Positions 30,964 to 43,555 of a stretch of 64,000 nucleotides of DNA are shown here, one piece after another. Made by a program: the position numbers and the translations under genes. Location: assembly GCA_042408205.1 (NCBI GenBank), contig JBHOQK010000024.1:18708-82707 (forward strand). The letters run 5' to 3'. This DNA is from Dehalococcoidia bacterium. Its GTDB lineage: Bacteria; Chloroflexota; Dehalococcoidia; GIF9; DYGU01. The notes under the pieces are model-generated. The model searched no databases, was not told where the DNA came from, and was given only the letters and a program-made list of their open reading frames with translations. How positions within the stretch are numbered: position 1 is the first letter of the stretch; every line of letters begins with the position of its first letter.

Positions 30964-32556
30964 TCAGCCTTTAGCTTCAGTTTTTTTGAGGAGCCAATAT
31001 TCCAAACTATCAGCTAAGGCAAACCAGCTGGCTTCAATAATATTAGTTGAGCTACCAACTGTCCGCCATTGTTCCTTGCCATCGGTAGATTCAATAAGCA
31101 CTCGCACCGAAGATGCAGTGCCAGAACTTTCATCAAGAATACGAACTTTGTAGTCAATAAGTTTGACACAAGTTAAATCAGGGTAAAACTGAAATAAAGC
31201 TTTACGCAAAGCCTGGTCAAGGGCATTTACTGGACCATTACCTTCAGCTGCAGTATGCATTATTTGGTCGCCTACCTTCACTTTAACCGTAGCCTCAGCC
31301 AAAAGTTCTCCACCGCCAGCACTGGTAGGACGACGATGCTTCTCCACCACCACCATAAAGTCTACCAGCTCAAAAGGTGGCTGATAATCAGGTTGAGCCC
31401 GCCGTAATAGCAATTCAAAAGAGGCTTCAGCACCTTCATATTGAAAACCACGACTTTCTAAGAGTTTGACTTGGTTTAATAATTGCTGTATCTGTTTACC
31501 TTCAGCAGGCAAAGTTAATCCTCTTTCCTTAGCCTTATACAGAATATTTCCTTTGCCTGATAATTCGGAAACCACAACCCGAGGACGATTCCCTACCAAT
31601 TCCGGATCAATATGATGATAACTTTCTTTCCATTTCAATATACCAGAAACATGAAGACCAGCTTTATGAGTAAAAGCACTCATACCTACATAAGGTAGAT
31701 GATCATCTGGGACGAGATTAGCTATTTCACTTACATAATGGGAGACTTCACTGAGTTTAACTAATTGTTCATCAGTAAGGCAAGGAATGCCTAATTTAAG
31801 CTTCAAATTAGGGATAATAGAGCATAAATTAGCATTACCACATCTTTCCCCATAACCGTTAATCGTGCCTTGGACCTGAGTCACCCCCGCCGCAACAGCA
31901 GCTAAAGTATTAGCCACCGCTAGTTCAGCATCATTATGGGCATGAATACCAAGGGGAATAGTCACTTTCTGACGAACTTTTCTAACAGCCGAAGTAACTT
32001 GATTAGGTAAAGAGCCACCATTAGTATCACAAAGAACTACACAGTCAGCCCCAGCTTTAGCCGCAGTTTTAACCACTTCAAGAGCATATTCAGGATTACT
32101 TTTAAACCCATCAAAGAAATGTTCAGCATCAAAAAAGACGATGAGCTCTCTTGATTTGAGATAACCTATTGACTCGGTGATCATCTCCAAATTTTTTGCC
32201 AAGGTTGTTTCCAAAACTTGAGTCACATGTAAATCCCAGCTTTTACCCACGATAGTCACTACCTTAGTATTGGCATTCACCAAAGCCTTAAGATTATCAT
32301 CATCCTCAACTTTCACCTCAGGATGTTTGGTACTGCCAAAGGCAACTAATGTTGAATTGGTTAAGTTAAGCTTTTGAGCCCTGACAAAGAATTCGGTATC
32401 TGTTAGATTAGAACCTGGCCAACCTCCTTCAATAAAATGGATGCCCAGTTCATCCAGCTTTCGGGCAATTTTCAGCTTGTCTTCAACCGAAAAAGAAATG
32501 CCTTCCCTTTGAGCCCCGTCTCGCAGAGTTGTATCATAAAGTTGTATTTGTCGCAT
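30964..32556 (-). CDS. cimA: Citramalate synthase
   Basis: DTTLRDGAQREG, GGWPGSN, DAEHFFDG, LCDTNGG. Confidence 0.92.
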   Translation of the reverse strand: MRQIQLYDTTLRDGAQREGISFSVEDKLKIARKLDELGIHFIEGGWPGSNLTDTEFFVRAQKLNLTNSTLVAFGSTKHPEVKVEDDDNLKALVNANTKVVTIVGKSWDLHVTQVLETTLAKNLEMITESIGYLKSRELIVFFDAEHFFDGFKSNPEYALEVVKTAAKAGADCVVLCDTNGGSLPNQVTSAVRKVRQKVTIPLGIHAHNDAELAVANTLAAVAAGVTQVQGTINGYGERCGNANLCSIIPNLKLKLGIPCLTDEQLVKLSEVSHYVSEIANLVPDDHLPYVGMSAFTHKAGLHVSGILKWKESYHHIDPELVGNRPRVVVSELSGKGNILYKAKERGLTLPAEGKQIQQLLNQVKLLESRGFQYEGAEASFELLLRRAQPDYQPPFELVDFMVVVEKHRRPTSAGGGELLAEATVKVKVGDQIMHTAAEGNGPVNALDQALRKALFQFYPDLTCVKLIDYKVRILDESSGTASSVRVLIESTDGKEQWRTVGSSTNIIEASWFALADSLEYWLLKKTEAKG

Positions 32557-32558
32557 CG

Positions 32559-33656
32559 TTATTTAGCTATTTCTTGGGCAATAAAATCGCCCATTTCTTT
32601 GGTTCCAATTTGAATTTTGCCCGTTTCCATTATATCATAGGTACGATAACCCTTTTCCAAAACAACAGCCACAGCCCTCTCCACCGCCTCCGCCTCCCTA
32701 GCCAAACCAAAGGAATAGCGTAGCATCATACCCGCACTTAAGATGGTTGCAATAGGATTAACCAAATTTTGACCAGCACGTTTGGGAGCACTTCCATGAA
32801 TTGGTTCGTACAACCCAAAAATATTAGCAGCGTCCCCTTTGGGAATTTCGCTCAGACTAGCTGAAGGTAGCATACCCAGAGAACCAGCCAACATAGAGGC
32901 TTCATCAGTAAGAATATCTCCAAAAGTATTCTCAGTAACTAGGACATCAAAATCGGCTGGACGCTGTATCAAACGCATGGCACAGGCATCCACTAACATA
33001 TGCTCTAATTCCACATCGGGATAATCTTGAGATACTTCTATAGCTATCTGTCGCCAAAGGCGAGAAGTTTCTAAGACATTGGCTTTATCCACAGAAGTTA
33101 ATTTTTTACGACGCCGCCGAGCCAATTCAAAGCCAACTCTCAATATGCGCTCTATCTCTAACTCAGAATAAGCCATAGTGTCAACAGCTTGTCTCCCTTT
33201 ACTTGTTTGCCATTGTTTTTTGGGTTTTCCAAAGTAAAGCCCTCCAGTTAATTCCCGGACAACTATTAAATCAACTCCCTTAATTACATCTGGTTTTAAA
33301 GTCGTTGAATTTATAAGTTCAGGGAAAACTTTTACTGGACGGAGATTAGCAAATAACCCCAACTTTTTTCTCAAAGCTAAAAGTCCATCTTCAGGGCGAA
33401 CCTTTGCCTTCGGGTCATCCCATTTTGGTCCGCCAACAGCACCTAAAAGGACTGCGTCACATTGCCGACACATTCTAAGGGTTTCTTTAGTTAAAGCTAT
33501 CCCGCATTCATCTATGGCAGCCCCACCTATAAGACCATAATGAAACTGAAAACTATGTCCATATTTTTTGCCTATGGTTTCCAAAATTTTAACCGCTTCC
33601 GCTGTAACTTCAGGACCAACCCCGTCACCAGGTAAAACAGCTACGTCGTATTTCAT
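32559..33656 (-). CDS. leuB: 3-isopropylmalate dehydrogenase
   Basis: [25 protein letters not shown]. Confidence 0.97.
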   Translation of the reverse strand: MKYDVAVLPGDGVGPEVTAEAVKILETIGKKYGHSFQFHYGLIGGAAIDECGIALTKETLRMCRQCDAVLLGAVGGPKWDDPKAKVRPEDGLLALRKKLGLFANLRPVKVFPELINSTTLKPDVIKGVDLIVVRELTGGLYFGKPKKQWQTSKGRQAVDTMAYSELEIERILRVGFELARRRRKKLTSVDKANVLETSRLWRQIAIEVSQDYPDVELEHMLVDACAMRLIQRPADFDVLVTENTFGDILTDEASMLAGSLGMLPSASLSEIPKGDAANIFGLYEPIHGSAPKRAGQNLVNPIATILSAGMMLRYSFGLAREAEAVERAVAVVLEKGYRTYDIMETGKIQIGTKEMGDFIAQEIAK

Positions 33657-34160
33657 TCAAAAACCCCGCCTCTTTAATTTTTGTTTAGTGTATTCAATCA
33701 ACCCACCGGCATTAATTAACTCCATTAAAAAGTCAGGATAAGGTTTAGCTTTAAAGCTTTTATTTTTAGTAATGTTATTTATTTCTCCTTTACTCAAATC
33801 AATTTCTAAAACATCTCCAGTTTCACTATTGTCCACAGCCTCACTACATTCCAATAAAGGAAGGCCGACGTTTAAGGCATTACGGAAAAAGATACGAGCA
33901 AAGCTTTTGGCAATAATACAAGATATACCATAGGCTTTAATAGTCAAAGGAGCATGCTCTCGAGATGAACCACAACCGAAATTGGTCGTGGCCACTATAA
34001 TATCCCCTGGTTCCACTTGTGAAACAAATTCGGGTTTAATACCTTCCATACAGTGCTTAGCCAATTCAGCAAGGTCAGATACATTTAGATAGCGCGCTGG
34101 AATAATTACATCAGTATCTACATTAGCACCAAACTTGTGGACTTTACCTTTTATTTTCAT
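33657..34160 (-). CDS. leuD: 3-isopropylmalate dehydratase small subunit
   Basis: [24 protein letters not shown]. Confidence 0.95.
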   Translation of the reverse strand: MKIKGKVHKFGANVDTDVIIPARYLNVSDLAELAKHCMEGIKPEFVSQVEPGDIIVATTNFGCGSSREHAPLTIKAYGISCIIAKSFARIFFRNALNVGLPLLECSEAVDNSETGDVLEIDLSKGEINNITKNKSFKAKPYPDFLMELINAGGLIEYTKQKLKRRGF

Positions 34161-35413
34161 TAGACCACCTCATCAGGAGAAGCAATTCTACCTAAAACCG
34201 CACTTGCCGCAGCTACTGCGGGGTTAGATAAATAAACCTCAGATTCAGGACTTCCCATCCTGCCAACAAAATTACGATTGGTAGTTGACAAACAGCGTTC
34301 CCCAGAAGCTAACACTCCCATGTGACCCCCTAAACAAGGACCACAAGTAGGGGTACTAACCACAGCCCCAGCTTTAATAAAAATTTCCAAAAGTCCTTCC
34401 TGTAAGGCTTTCAGGTAAATTTCTTGAGAGCCCGGAATAATGATACATCTTACATAAGGATGTACTTTCCTACCTTTAAGAATTTTAGCCGCAATACGAA
34501 GGTCAGAAAGGCGTCCATTAGTGCAACTACCAATGACTACTTGGTCTATTTCAATTTTGCCAATTTCAGTTACCGACTTAATATTGGACGGAAGAAACGG
34601 CAAAGCTACCTGGGGTTGAATTTGGGAAACATCGTATTCTATTATTTTAGCATATTCGGCATCCTCGTCAGGTTTATACACTTTATATTTACTCTTAGCT
34701 CTCTTTTTTACATAATCAAGAACCTTACGATCGACGTGGAAAATGCCAGCTTTAGCCCCAGCTTCAATTGCCATATTAGCCATAGTAAATCGCCCATCCA
34801 GAGATAAAGCATCAACGGCTTCTCCAGTAAATTCCATAACCGAATACAGCGCACCATCAACCCCAATATTGCCAATGGTATAAAGAATTAAGTCTTTTCC
34901 GTCTACCCACTTCTGTAGTTTCCCATAATAAATAAATTTTATTGTCGGCGGTACTTTCATCCAAATTTCACCAGTAGCCATAGCTACAGCGATATCTGTA
35001 GAACCCATACCGGTAGCAAAAGCCCCTAAAGCACCATAAGTACAAGTATGAGAATCAGCACCGACTATAACCTCCCCAGGAAGAACTAAACCTTGCTCTG
35101 GCAAAAGTACATGCGCAATACCCATTCGCCCCACCTCAAAATAAATTAACTGATGCTCTCGGGCAAACTCCCGCATTTCTTTTGCCTGTTCTGCTGAAAG
35201 AATATCCTTGTTAGGGCAAAAATGATCAGGTACCATCACAATTCGGTGAGGGTCAAAGACCTTATTAACACCAAGCCGCCGAAATTCCTTTATGGCTAAA
35301 GGTGCTGTAATATCATTTGCTAAAACTAAGTCAACCCTGACATCTATAAATTCGCCAGGACTAACCTTTTCTTTATTTGAATGAACCGCTAATATTTTTT
35401 CAGCTAAAGTCAA
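34160..35413 (-). CDS. leuC: 3-isopropylmalate dehydratase large subunit
   Basis: [27 protein letters not shown]. Confidence 0.95.
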   Translation of the reverse strand: MTLAEKILAVHSNKEKVSPGEFIDVRVDLVLANDITAPLAIKEFRRLGVNKVFDPHRIVMVPDHFCPNKDILSAEQAKEMREFAREHQLIYFEVGRMGIAHVLLPEQGLVLPGEVIVGADSHTCTYGALGAFATGMGSTDIAVAMATGEIWMKVPPTIKFIYYGKLQKWVDGKDLILYTIGNIGVDGALYSVMEFTGEAVDALSLDGRFTMANMAIEAGAKAGIFHVDRKVLDYVKKRAKSKYKVYKPDEDAEYAKIIEYDVSQIQPQVALPFLPSNIKSVTEIGKIEIDQVVIGSCTNGRLSDLRIAAKILKGRKVHPYVRCIIIPGSQEIYLKALQEGLLEIFIKAGAVVSTPTCGPCLGGHMGVLASGERCLSTTNRNFVGRMGSPESEVYLSNPAVAAASAVLGRIASPDEVV

Positions 35414-35434
35414 ATTTTTGAACCTTGAGTCTAC

Positions 35435-35839
35435 CTATTCACGAATTTTAGGCAACATTAATACTCCTACAGTAACCCCAGTGACAACAAGGGCTACCAG
35501 ATACATACCTGTTCCAGCAGCTAAGCCTATAGCAGCAGTAGTCCAGATACTGGCAGCAGTAGTTAAGCCTACTATTCCATTTCCACGAAGACCCCGGAGA
35601 ATAACTCCAGCTCCCAGAAAACCAATCCCAGTTACTACTCCCGCAGCTACCCGAGAGGGGTCGACGCCAACACCAAAACCAAAGAGAGAGACCAATGTAA
35701 ATAAAGCTGAGCCTAAACAAATCAGAGCATGGGTTCGCAACCCAGCAGGTTTGCCCGCTTTCTCTCGTTGAAAACCAACAGCTGCGCCCAAAAACACAGC
35801 TAATAGAAGCCTCCAGAGTACTTCCACTTGGGGAGACAT
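35435..35839 (-). CDS. MgtC/SapB family membrane protein (short form)
   Basis: AGLRTH, DPSRVAAGVVTGIGFLGAG, GLTTAASIW. Confidence 0.92.
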   Translation of the reverse strand: MSPQVEVLWRLLLAVFLGAAVGFQREKAGKPAGLRTHALICLGSALFTLVSLFGFGVGVDPSRVAAGVVTGIGFLGAGVILRGLRGNGIVGLTTAASIWTTAAIGLAAGTGMYLVALVVTGVTVGVLMLPKIRE

Positions 35840-35840
35840 C

Positions 35841-37373
35841 TCAGTTTCCTTGTTTCTTAGTTAGACCTTTAGCTATTAGAAGACGATTTAATGCGTTCAT
35901 ATAGGCTTTGGCACTGGCAACAATAATGTCTGTAGAAGCACCACGACCAGTATAAGTGACTCCATCACTCTCAATCCTTATCACCACCTCTCCAATAGCA
36001 TCAAGACCCTCGGTAACTGATTTAACTGAAAACTCAATAAGCTTGTTAGGTACCCCAATTATTCGGTTGATAGCCCGGTAGACAGCATCCACAGGTCCAG
36101 TGCCCAGAGCAGCGTCGGCTAAAACTTGTCCATCAGGAGCAATAAGTCGAACTGTCGCTGTAGGAATACTTCGGTTACCACAAGAAACCTCTACATGGTC
36201 AAGATGATAAACCTCAGAAGTAGCACGTAACTCTTCGGCTATCAAAGATTCTATATCTTTGTCAGTGACTTCCTTTTTCTTGTCAGCCAATTCTTTGAAG
36301 GCTATAAAAGCACGCTCAAAAGCTTCTTCACTTAAACTATAGCCAAGTTCAGCCAACCTTTCTTTAAAGGCATGGCGACCACTCAGTTTTCCTAAAACCA
36401 AGCTACTGGAAGGAACTCCTACTGACCTTGGGTCAATTATCTCATAAGTTATAGGTTTCTTGATTACTCCATCCTGATGTATGCCTGACTGATGGCGAAA
36501 GGCATTAGCACCAACAATAGCTTTATTAGGTTGAACGACAAAACCGGTAAGCTCACTTACCAATCGGCTTGTTTTATAAATTTCAGTAGTATTTATATTT
36601 GTAGTTAAACCAAAAAAATCATAACGGGTCTTAAGCCCCATCACAATTTCTTCTAAAGAAGCATTACCAGCTCGCTCCCCAATACCATTAATAGTACATT
36701 CAACCTGCCGTGCTCCCCGTCGGATGGCTTCAAGACTATTAGCTACTGCCAAACCTAAATCATTATGGCAATGAACACTGACAATAGCCCGATGAATATT
36801 GGGGACATTATTAAAAATACCCTCAATTAAATCGCCAAATTCCTGGGGAATGGCATATCCTACTGTATCTGGAATATTCACCGTCGTAGCTCCGGCTTCA
36901 ATCACTGCTTCTAAAATGCGATAAAGATAACTTGGCTCGGTGCGACTGGCATCCATGGGGGAAAATTCGACATCACTCAAGTATTTCTTCGCCCGAACAA
37001 CCATATCCCGAGCGATTTCCAGAATTTCTTCCCGGGTTTTTCTTAACTGATAAAAAAGGTGAATATCGGAAGCAGAAAGAAAAACATGGATTCGGGGTTG
37101 GCTGGCTTCTTTAACAGCTTCCCACGCTCTGTCTATAGCCTCGGGATTAGCGTGAGAGAGAGCACAGATTATAGGTTGGCGTATTTCTCGGGCAATAGTT
37201 CTAACTGCCTCAAAATCACCCTGGGAGCTTATGGGAAAGCCAGCTTCTATAACATCCACCCCAAGCTTTTCCAATTGCCGAGCAATTTCTAACTTTTCCT
37301 GAACATTAAGCGCCGCTCCCGCCGCCTGTTCCCCATCTCTTAAAGTAGTATCAAAGATAATAACCCTGTTCAT
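35841..37373 (-). CDS. leuA: 2-isopropylmalate synthase
   Basis: [22 protein letters not shown]; start set at MNRV behind GGAGG. Confidence 0.96.
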   Translation of the reverse strand: MNRVIIFDTTLRDGEQAAGAALNVQEKLEIARQLEKLGVDVIEAGFPISSQGDFEAVRTIAREIRQPIICALSHANPEAIDRAWEAVKEASQPRIHVFLSASDIHLFYQLRKTREEILEIARDMVVRAKKYLSDVEFSPMDASRTEPSYLYRILEAVIEAGATTVNIPDTVGYAIPQEFGDLIEGIFNNVPNIHRAIVSVHCHNDLGLAVANSLEAIRRGARQVECTINGIGERAGNASLEEIVMGLKTRYDFFGLTTNINTTEIYKTSRLVSELTGFVVQPNKAIVGANAFRHQSGIHQDGVIKKPITYEIIDPRSVGVPSSSLVLGKLSGRHAFKERLAELGYSLSEEAFERAFIAFKELADKKKEVTDKDIESLIAEELRATSEVYHLDHVEVSCGNRSIPTATVRLIAPDGQVLADAALGTGPVDAVYRAINRIIGVPNKLIEFSVKSVTEGLDAIGEVVIRIESDGVTYTGRGASTDIIVASAKAYMNALNRLLIAKGLTKKQGN

Positions 37374-37386
37374 AGGTACCTCCATC

Positions 37387-38379
37387 TTAAGCTTTTAACC
37401 AGGGCATCATTTCCCTTAATCTTTTACCGATAATTTCAATCTCATGCTCGGCTTCTTTGCGTCGCAATGCGTTAAAGCAAGGACGCCCAGCTTGATTTTC
37501 TAAAATCCATTCCCGGGCAAAACTACCATTTTGAATTTCAGCCAGGATTTGTCGCATCTCCTCTTTCACCAATTCATTGATTACTCGGGGGCCTCGAGTA
37601 TAATCCCCATATTCGGCAGTGTCACTTACTGCAGCACGCATCCGAGTCAAGCCTCCTTGATAAATAAGGTCTACAATAAGCTTTAGTTCATGAAGACATT
37701 CAAAATAGGCAACTTCCGGTTGATAACCAGCCTCAATCAAAGTTTCAAAAGCAGCCTTGATTAGAGAAGACACTCCCCCACAAAGCACTGTCTGTTCACC
37801 AAAAAGATCAGTTTCAGTTTCCTCGGCAAAAGTAGTTTCAATAACTCCAGCTTTGGTGCAGCCTAAACCCTTAGCATAAGCTAAGGCAATATCTTTTGCT
37901 TTCCCGGAAGCATCCTGATGAACCGCAATTAAGGCCGGAGGACCTAAACCTTCAGTATAAAGGCGCCGTAACATGTGCCCAGGGCTTTTCGGAGCAATCA
38001 TAGTCACATCAATATCCAGTGGCGGGATTATCTGCCCGTAATGAATATTAAAACCATGGGCAAACATTAGCATTTTACCTGCTGACAGTTCCTTCTCAAT
38101 CGCCTGTGAATAAACCTTTGGCTGTAAGTTATCCGGCACTAACATAACTATTACAGATGCCTCTTTAGCTACCTCAGCAGCCAAAGCTACTTTAAATCCA
38201 GCATTCTGAGCATTTCTCCAGCCTTCGGTGCCCGGCGCTTCAGCTACTATTACTTGACAGCCACTATCCCTTAAATTCAAGGCATGGGCATGTCCTTGAT
38301 TTCCATAGCCAATAATACCGATTAACTTTCCCTTAATTAAGTCTAAATTAGCATCCTGGTCATAATAGATTTTGGCCAT
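37387..38379 (-). CDS. ilvC: Ketol-acid reductoisomerase
   Basis: [27 protein letters not shown]. Confidence 0.97.
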   Translation of the reverse strand: MAKIYYDQDANLDLIKGKLIGIIGYGNQGHAHALNLRDSGCQVIVAEAPGTEGWRNAQNAGFKVALAAEVAKEASVIVMLVPDNLQPKVYSQAIEKELSAGKMLMFAHGFNIHYGQIIPPLDIDVTMIAPKSPGHMLRRLYTEGLGPPALIAVHQDASGKAKDIALAYAKGLGCTKAGVIETTFAEETETDLFGEQTVLCGGVSSLIKAAFETLIEAGYQPEVAYFECLHELKLIVDLIYQGGLTRMRAAVSDTAEYGDYTRGPRVINELVKEEMRQILAEIQNGSFAREWILENQAGRPCFNALRRKEAEHEIEIIGKRLREMMPWLKA

Positions 38380-38407
38380 TTGTCTCCTTTCTGTGACTTC
38401 TACTGAT

Positions 38408-38974
38408 TTACCAGTTAGGGGCGGCTTCTGTTTCCGGTGGTAACGGCTTACGTAACAGTTTTGGCACTTTCACTTCTTCTTCAACTATTAGTGGACCAGC
38501 ACTGCCACGAGTTAAAGCAATACGACCAGTCCTTGCCATTTCTTTTATCCCAAATCCCCGAAGCAAATTAAAGAGAGAATTAATTTTATCTTCATCTCCA
38601 GTAACTTCTATTATCAAGGAGTCACTAGCCACATCTACTATGCTGGCTCGGAAAATATCCACAATTTGAATTATTTCACTCCTAGTAGAGGCAGTTGCCT
38701 TCACCTTAATTAAAGCCAACTCCCGCTCTACTACATCTTGATTAGTTATGTCAACTATTTTAATTACCTCAATAACCTTGTCTAGCTGCTTTCTGACTTG
38801 TTCTACTTGAGCACTATCACCTTCCACCACGATAGTCATCCGCGACCGGTTTGGTTGTTCAGTATGCCCAACAGCAATACTTTCAATATTAAAACCACGC
38901 CGGCGAAAGAGGCTGGCAACTCGATTTAAGACCCCAGGCTTATCTTCTACTAAAGCAACTAAAGTATGTTTCAT
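38408..38974 (-). CDS. ilvN: Acetolactate synthase small subunit
   Basis: [28 protein letters not shown]; short Pro-rich C-terminal tail. Confidence 0.95.
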   Translation of the reverse strand: MKHTLVALVEDKPGVLNRVASLFRRRGFNIESIAVGHTEQPNRSRMTIVVEGDSAQVEQVRKQLDKVIEVIKIVDITNQDVVERELALIKVKATASTRSEIIQIVDIFRASIVDVASDSLIIEVTGDEDKINSLFNLLRGFGIKEMARTGRIALTRGSAGPLIVEEEVKVPKLLRKPLPPETEAAPNW

Positions 38975-38985
38975 TGTTACCTAAA

Positions 38986-40671
38986 TTAACTAATCCTTTC
39001 AGGCTTTGGCTCCTTTATCATTTCAGCTAAGGTAGCTCCAGGAGGCACCATAGGAAAAACGTTTTCTTCCGGTGCCACCATAAAGTCTATAAGAAAAGGA
39101 CCTTCATGAGCCATGGCTGTTTCAATTGCTGGAATTACTTCCTTCTTGTTTTTAACCCTCAAGCCAGGAATTCCATAAGCCTCAGCTACCTTGACAAAAT
39201 CAGGTCCTAAGAGAGGAGTGGCAACGTAACGTCGCCCATAAAAAAGTTCCTGCCATTGCCTTACCATTCCTAAATAGCCATTGTTAATAATAGCTATTTT
39301 AATAGCTACATCCTCTTGAACTACAGTAGCTAACTCTTGGATAGTCATTTGAAAACCACCATCGCCAGCAATACACCATACTGTTTCATTAGGGCAACCT
39401 ATCTTGACTCCAATAGCTCCAGGAAGTTCAAAACCCATAGTGCCCAACCCGCCAGCAGAAATAAGACTGTTAGGTTTAGTATAAATAAAGTGCTGTGCTG
39501 ACCACATCTGATTCTGACCAACACCAGTAACTATAATGGCGTCACCCTGGGTAACTTCATAAATCTGGCGAATAACATATTGGGGTAAAAGTTCTTCACA
39601 ATCCCTTATTTCCATTGGATGTTCTTGACGCCATTGGTCTATTTGACGCAGCCAATCTATATGCTCATTAGACATAACATGCTTATTTAGAGCCGTAATA
39701 ACATTCTTGACATCACCAACAATGGGTATGTCAACTCGAACGTTTTTACCAATTTCTGCTGGGTCAATATCAATGTGGATAATACGAGCTTGAGAAGCAA
39801 AAGTGCTAACTTTCCCCGTTGCCCGGTCATCAAACCTCATTCCTATAGCAATAATTAAATCAGCATTAGTTACAGCCATATTCGCATGAAATGTGCCATG
39901 CATCCCCAACATCCCCAAACTAAGAACATGATTTTCCGGAAAACAACTGATCCCGAGAAGAGTGGTAGCTACAGGTATTTGAGCTTTCTCAGCTAATTCT
40001 TTAAGTTCAGCATAAGCCTTAGAAATGATCACACCCCTCCCAGCAATAATCACCGGTCTTTGAGCATTGTTAATAAGCTCAGCACCTCGCCTGATTTGAG
40101 CCGGGTGCCCGTTAAGAGTAAACCTATAACCAGGTAGGTCAACTTTATCAGGGTAAACAAATTCAGCACTTTCCTGTAAAACATCCCTAGGAATATCAAT
40201 AAGTACCGGTCCCGGTCTGCCAGTTTGAGCAATAAAGAAAGCTTCCTTAACTGTTTTTGCTATTTGAGCCGCCTCTAAGACAAGATAATTATGCTTAGTA
40301 ATAGGAACGGTAATACCAGTGATATCTACTTCTTGAAAGGCATCCTTACCAATAAAAGGTCTTGCTACTTGACCGGTAATAGCAATTACCGGAGAAGAAT
40401 CAAGATAAGCATTAGCAATGCCAGTCACTAAATTAGTTGCTCCCGGACCTGAAGTACTAACACAGACCCCTACTTTCCCAGTCGCCCGAGCATAACCATC
40501 AGCGGCATGAGCCGCTCCCTGTTCATGACGGACTAAAATATGTCGCAGCTGAGGATATTGGGAAAGAGTATCATAAAAAGGTAATATAGCCCCACCAGGA
40601 AAACCAAAAATAACTTCAACACCTTCCCGAATCAAGCTTTCACATAAAATCTGGGCACCAGTCTTTACCAT
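38986..40671 (-). CDS. ilvB: Acetolactate synthase large subunit
   Basis: [33 protein letters not shown]. Confidence 0.96.
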   Translation of the reverse strand: MVKTGAQILCESLIREGVEVIFGFPGGAILPFYDTLSQYPQLRHILVRHEQGAAHAADGYARATGKVGVCVSTSGPGATNLVTGIANAYLDSSPVIAITGQVARPFIGKDAFQEVDITGITVPITKHNYLVLEAAQIAKTVKEAFFIAQTGRPGPVLIDIPRDVLQESAEFVYPDKVDLPGYRFTLNGHPAQIRRGAELINNAQRPVIIAGRGVIISKAYAELKELAEKAQIPVATTLLGISCFPENHVLSLGMLGMHGTFHANMAVTNADLIIAIGMRFDDRATGKVSTFASQARIIHIDIDPAEIGKNVRVDIPIVGDVKNVITALNKHVMSNEHIDWLRQIDQWRQEHPMEIRDCEELLPQYVIRQIYEVTQGDAIIVTGVGQNQMWSAQHFIYTKPNSLISAGGLGTMGFELPGAIGVKIGCPNETVWCIAGDGGFQMTIQELATVVQEDVAIKIAIINNGYLGMVRQWQELFYGRRYVATPLLGPDFVKVAEAYGIPGLRVKNKKEVIPAIETAMAHEGPFLIDFMVAPEENVFPMVPPGATLAEMIKEPKPERIS

Positions 40672-42347
40672 TCCTTCCCCGCTCTAACAAAAACAGCTCC
40701 TTTACTGGCTGAGCCAACTTTTTCTATGTAACGTCTAAGATAAGGAGTAGTAATTTTTGGTTTGAATTCAGGTAACTGGGATAGACGCTTCTCTATTTCC
40801 TCTTTAGATATATCTATTTCAAGTTTACGCTCCGGAATATCAATTCTAATGATGTCCCCATCACGCACCAAAGCAATAGTCCCCCTACTGGCAGCTTCTG
40901 GGGAAACATGACCTATAGCCGCTCCTCTGGTTGCTCCAGAAAAACGCCCATCAGTCACCAAAGCTACTTCTTTATCCATTCCCATACCACTAAGAAGAGA
41001 AGTTGGAGTTAACATCTCAGGCATTCCTGGTCCGCCCTTTGGTCCTTCATATCTTATAACAATTACCTCCTTAGGTCTGATATTGCCTTGCATTATAGCC
41101 TTTGTCGCCGCTTCCTCACCATCAAAAACACGAGCTTTACCTTCATGCTTAAGCATCTCCGGAATTACGGCAGCACTTTTAACTACGGCACCCTCAGGAG
41201 CTAAGTTGCCAAAAAGAATGGTAATACCCCCAGTAGGTGAATAAGGTTGAAATATTGACCGAATTATTTGAGAATTCTTAACCGAAACTTTATCTATAAC
41301 TTGAGCCAAGGGCTTACCCAGGACTGTTTTAGCCTGGAGCTTTAAAAAGGGGGATAGTTCTTTCATTATTGCTGGTATACCCCCAGCCCGATCCAAATCT
41401 TCCACATGATAATCACTCGCCGGGCTAATTTTACAAAGAGTAGGAATACGGGAACTGATTTCATTCACTAAAGATAAAGGAAAATCTATCTCGGCTTCAT
41501 AAGCTATTGCCATAAGGTGGAGTACTGAATTAGTGCTACCACCTAAAGCCATGTCCACAGCAAAAGCATTATAAAGAGAGTCATAGGTTATGATATCTCG
41601 AGGACGAATATTCTGTTCTAAGAGCTTCATAATTTTTTGCCCAGTCTCATAAGCCAAATTAATACGCCGAGCCTCCACCGCTGGTATTGTTCCATTGCCA
41701 GGCAAAGCCATTCCTAAAGCCTCAGTTAAACAATTCATAGTATTGGCAGTAAACATCCCAGCACAACTACCATAGCCAGGACAAGCAACCCTCTCTAACT
41801 CTTCCAGCTCAGTTTCGGTCATTTCTCCCTTAGCCACTCTCCCCACAGCCTCAAACACGGACTTAAGATCTACAGATTTGACACTACCATTAGAATACCA
41901 TTGCCCAGCTAACATCGGACCACCACTTATAAAAATAGCTGGAATATTTAATCTCACTGCCGCCATAAGCATCCCCGGAACCATCTTATCGCAATTGGGT
42001 ATAAAGACAAGTCCATCAAAAGCATGACCTTCAGCTATAAGTTCCACCGAATCAGCAATTAGTTCTCGGCTAGGAAGACTATATCTCATCCCCGGATGAT
42101 TCATAGCAATGCCATCACAAAAAGCTATGGTATTAACTTCAAAACCAATACCTCCCTGGCTTTGGATTCCTTCCTTGACTGCCTGAGCAATAGTCCTAAG
42201 ATGAACATGCCCAGGAACAATCTCACTAAAGCTATTAATTATGCCAATAAAAGGCTTATTTAAGTCTTTTTTAGAAATACCTAAAGCATACAATAAAGCC
42301 CGATGAGGTGCCCGCTCAATACCTTTTTTAATGATTTCACTTCTCAT
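40665..42347 (-). CDS. ilvD: Dihydroxy-acid dehydratase
   Basis: [32 protein letters not shown]; start set at MRSEIIK. Confidence 0.96.
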   Translation of the reverse strand: MRSEIIKKGIERAPHRALLYALGISKKDLNKPFIGIINSFSEIVPGHVHLRTIAQAVKEGIQSQGGIGFEVNTIAFCDGIAMNHPGMRYSLPSRELIADSVELIAEGHAFDGLVFIPNCDKMVPGMLMAAVRLNIPAIFISGGPMLAGQWYSNGSVKSVDLKSVFEAVGRVAKGEMTETELEELERVACPGYGSCAGMFTANTMNCLTEALGMALPGNGTIPAVEARRINLAYETGQKIMKLLEQNIRPRDIITYDSLYNAFAVDMALGGSTNSVLHLMAIAYEAEIDFPLSLVNEISSRIPTLCKISPASDYHVEDLDRAGGIPAIMKELSPFLKLQAKTVLGKPLAQVIDKVSVKNSQIIRSIFQPYSPTGGITILFGNLAPEGAVVKSAAVIPEMLKHEGKARVFDGEEAATKAIMQGNIRPKEVIVIRYEGPKGGPGMPEMLTPTSLLSGMGMDKEVALVTDGRFSGATRGAAIGHVSPEAASRGTIALVRDGDIIRIDIPERKLEIDISKEEIEKRLSQLPEFKPKITTPYLRRYIEKVGSASKGAVFVRAGKEW

Positions 42348-42405
42348 AGTTTTGTCCTTATATTTAAAGCTTAAAAGAGAACAATTGCCAAAATAACATA
42401 GTCCA

Positions 42406-42861
42406 CTACTTACTGTCAAGAAAAGTTGTCTCTAATTGGTATACTTTGTGTAACCGATTTAAATGCCGACCACCCTCAAATTCAGTGGTAAGGAAAACCT
42501 TTACTATTTCCAAAGCAATCCCTTGCCCAACAATATCCCCCCCAAGAACTAAAACATTAGCATCGTTATGCTGACGAGACCTAATGGCGCTGAAAATATC
42601 AGAGCAAAGAGCTGCCCTGATGCCTTTTATCTTATTAGCCGCTATACTCATTCCAATGCCTGTACTACATATTAAAATTCCCCTTTCAAATTTCCCAGCT
42701 AATATTTCTTGACAAACTTTTACCGCAATATCAGGATAATCCACCGGAGTTAAATCGTAACAACCAAAATCTTTAAATTCATGGCCAGCTTCGGTAAGAA
42801 AAGGAATAATTTTTTGTTTTAACTCAAATCCCCGATGATCACAACCTAAAGCTATTTTCAT
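42406..42861 (-). CDS. rpiB: Ribose-5-phosphate isomerase B
   Basis: GCDHRG, DYPD, CSTGIG, HNDAN, FEGGRH. Confidence 0.94.
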   Translation of the reverse strand: MKIALGCDHRGFELKQKIIPFLTEAGHEFKDFGCYDLTPVDYPDIAVKVCQEILAGKFERGILICSTGIGMSIAANKIKGIRAALCSDIFSAIRSRQHNDANVLVLGGDIVGQGIALEIVKVFLTTEFEGGRHLNRLHKVYQLETTFLDSK

Positions 42862-43499
42862 AGCTTATCCTCCAACTTTATGTTTAAGACTCTCTCTATT
42901 TCTTCTTTGGATATCAAACCTTGTCGCAATATTCTGGGAACCTCCTGGCTAATATCAACTATAGTAGACTCAACCCCACCAGGACATCTACCACCATTAA
43001 TAATAAGGCTTATTTTCCCACCTAATTGAGCCTCTACTTCTTCAGCAGTCAAAGCACTGGGCTGACCACTAAGGTTAGCACTGGTACCAATCAACGGAGC
43101 TCCTAATCCATTTATGAGAGCCAGGGGCACCGGATGATTGGGAATTCTCACAGCTACAGTAGTACCTCCACAAGTAAGATAGTCAGGTAAATTAGTTTTC
43201 TTAGGTAAGACAACAGTCAACCCCCCAGGCCAAAAATGCTTCATCAGAAGCCAGGCAATTTCAGGTATATAACCAGCTACATCGGCTACTTGATTAATAC
43301 TGGCAAGAAGTAAAGGAAAAGCAAGTTGCCGCGGACGTTTCTTTATCTCGTAAATTTTTTCTACCGCCTCCCTGTTAAAGGCATTGGCGCCTAAGCCATA
43401 AACAGTATCCGTAGGATAGGCAACTAAACCTCCTTCCTTCAAAATTTGAACTCCTTTTTGGATTTGTTGAGCTATTATTGATAAAATTTCCAGCTCCAT
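42858..43499 (-). CDS. tsaC: L-threonylcarbamoyladenylate synthase (TsaC/Sua5 YrdC domain)
   Basis: PTDTVYGL, KKR, WPGGLT, TSANLSG, ESTIVD; start set at MELEI. Confidence 0.92.
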   Translation of the reverse strand: MELEILSIIAQQIQKGVQILKEGGLVAYPTDTVYGLGANAFNREAVEKIYEIKKRPRQLAFPLLLASINQVADVAGYIPEIAWLLMKHFWPGGLTVVLPKKTNLPDYLTCGGTTVAVRIPNHPVPLALINGLGAPLIGTSANLSGQPSALTAEEVEAQLGGKISLIINGGRCPGGVESTIVDISQEVPRILRQGLISKEEIERVLNIKLEDKL

Positions 43500-43513
43500 T
43501 TTTCCTTGACGAG

Positions 43514-43545
43514 AGTATATCACAGTGGTAAGCTGTGGGTATACT
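43514..43545. promoter_or_regulatory. Probable symmetric divergent promoter between tsaC and guaA
   Basis: Imperfect inverted repeat AGTATATCACAG-N7-CTGTGGGTATACT places a TATACT hexamer on each strand. Confidence 0.45.
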
Positions 43546-43555
43546 AGGAGGTGGA

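Noticed and set aside
35418-35771. 117-aa Pro/Thr-rich plus-strand ORF
   Set aside because: Antisense of the hydrophobic MgtC gene; its composition is explained by the reverse-complement codons
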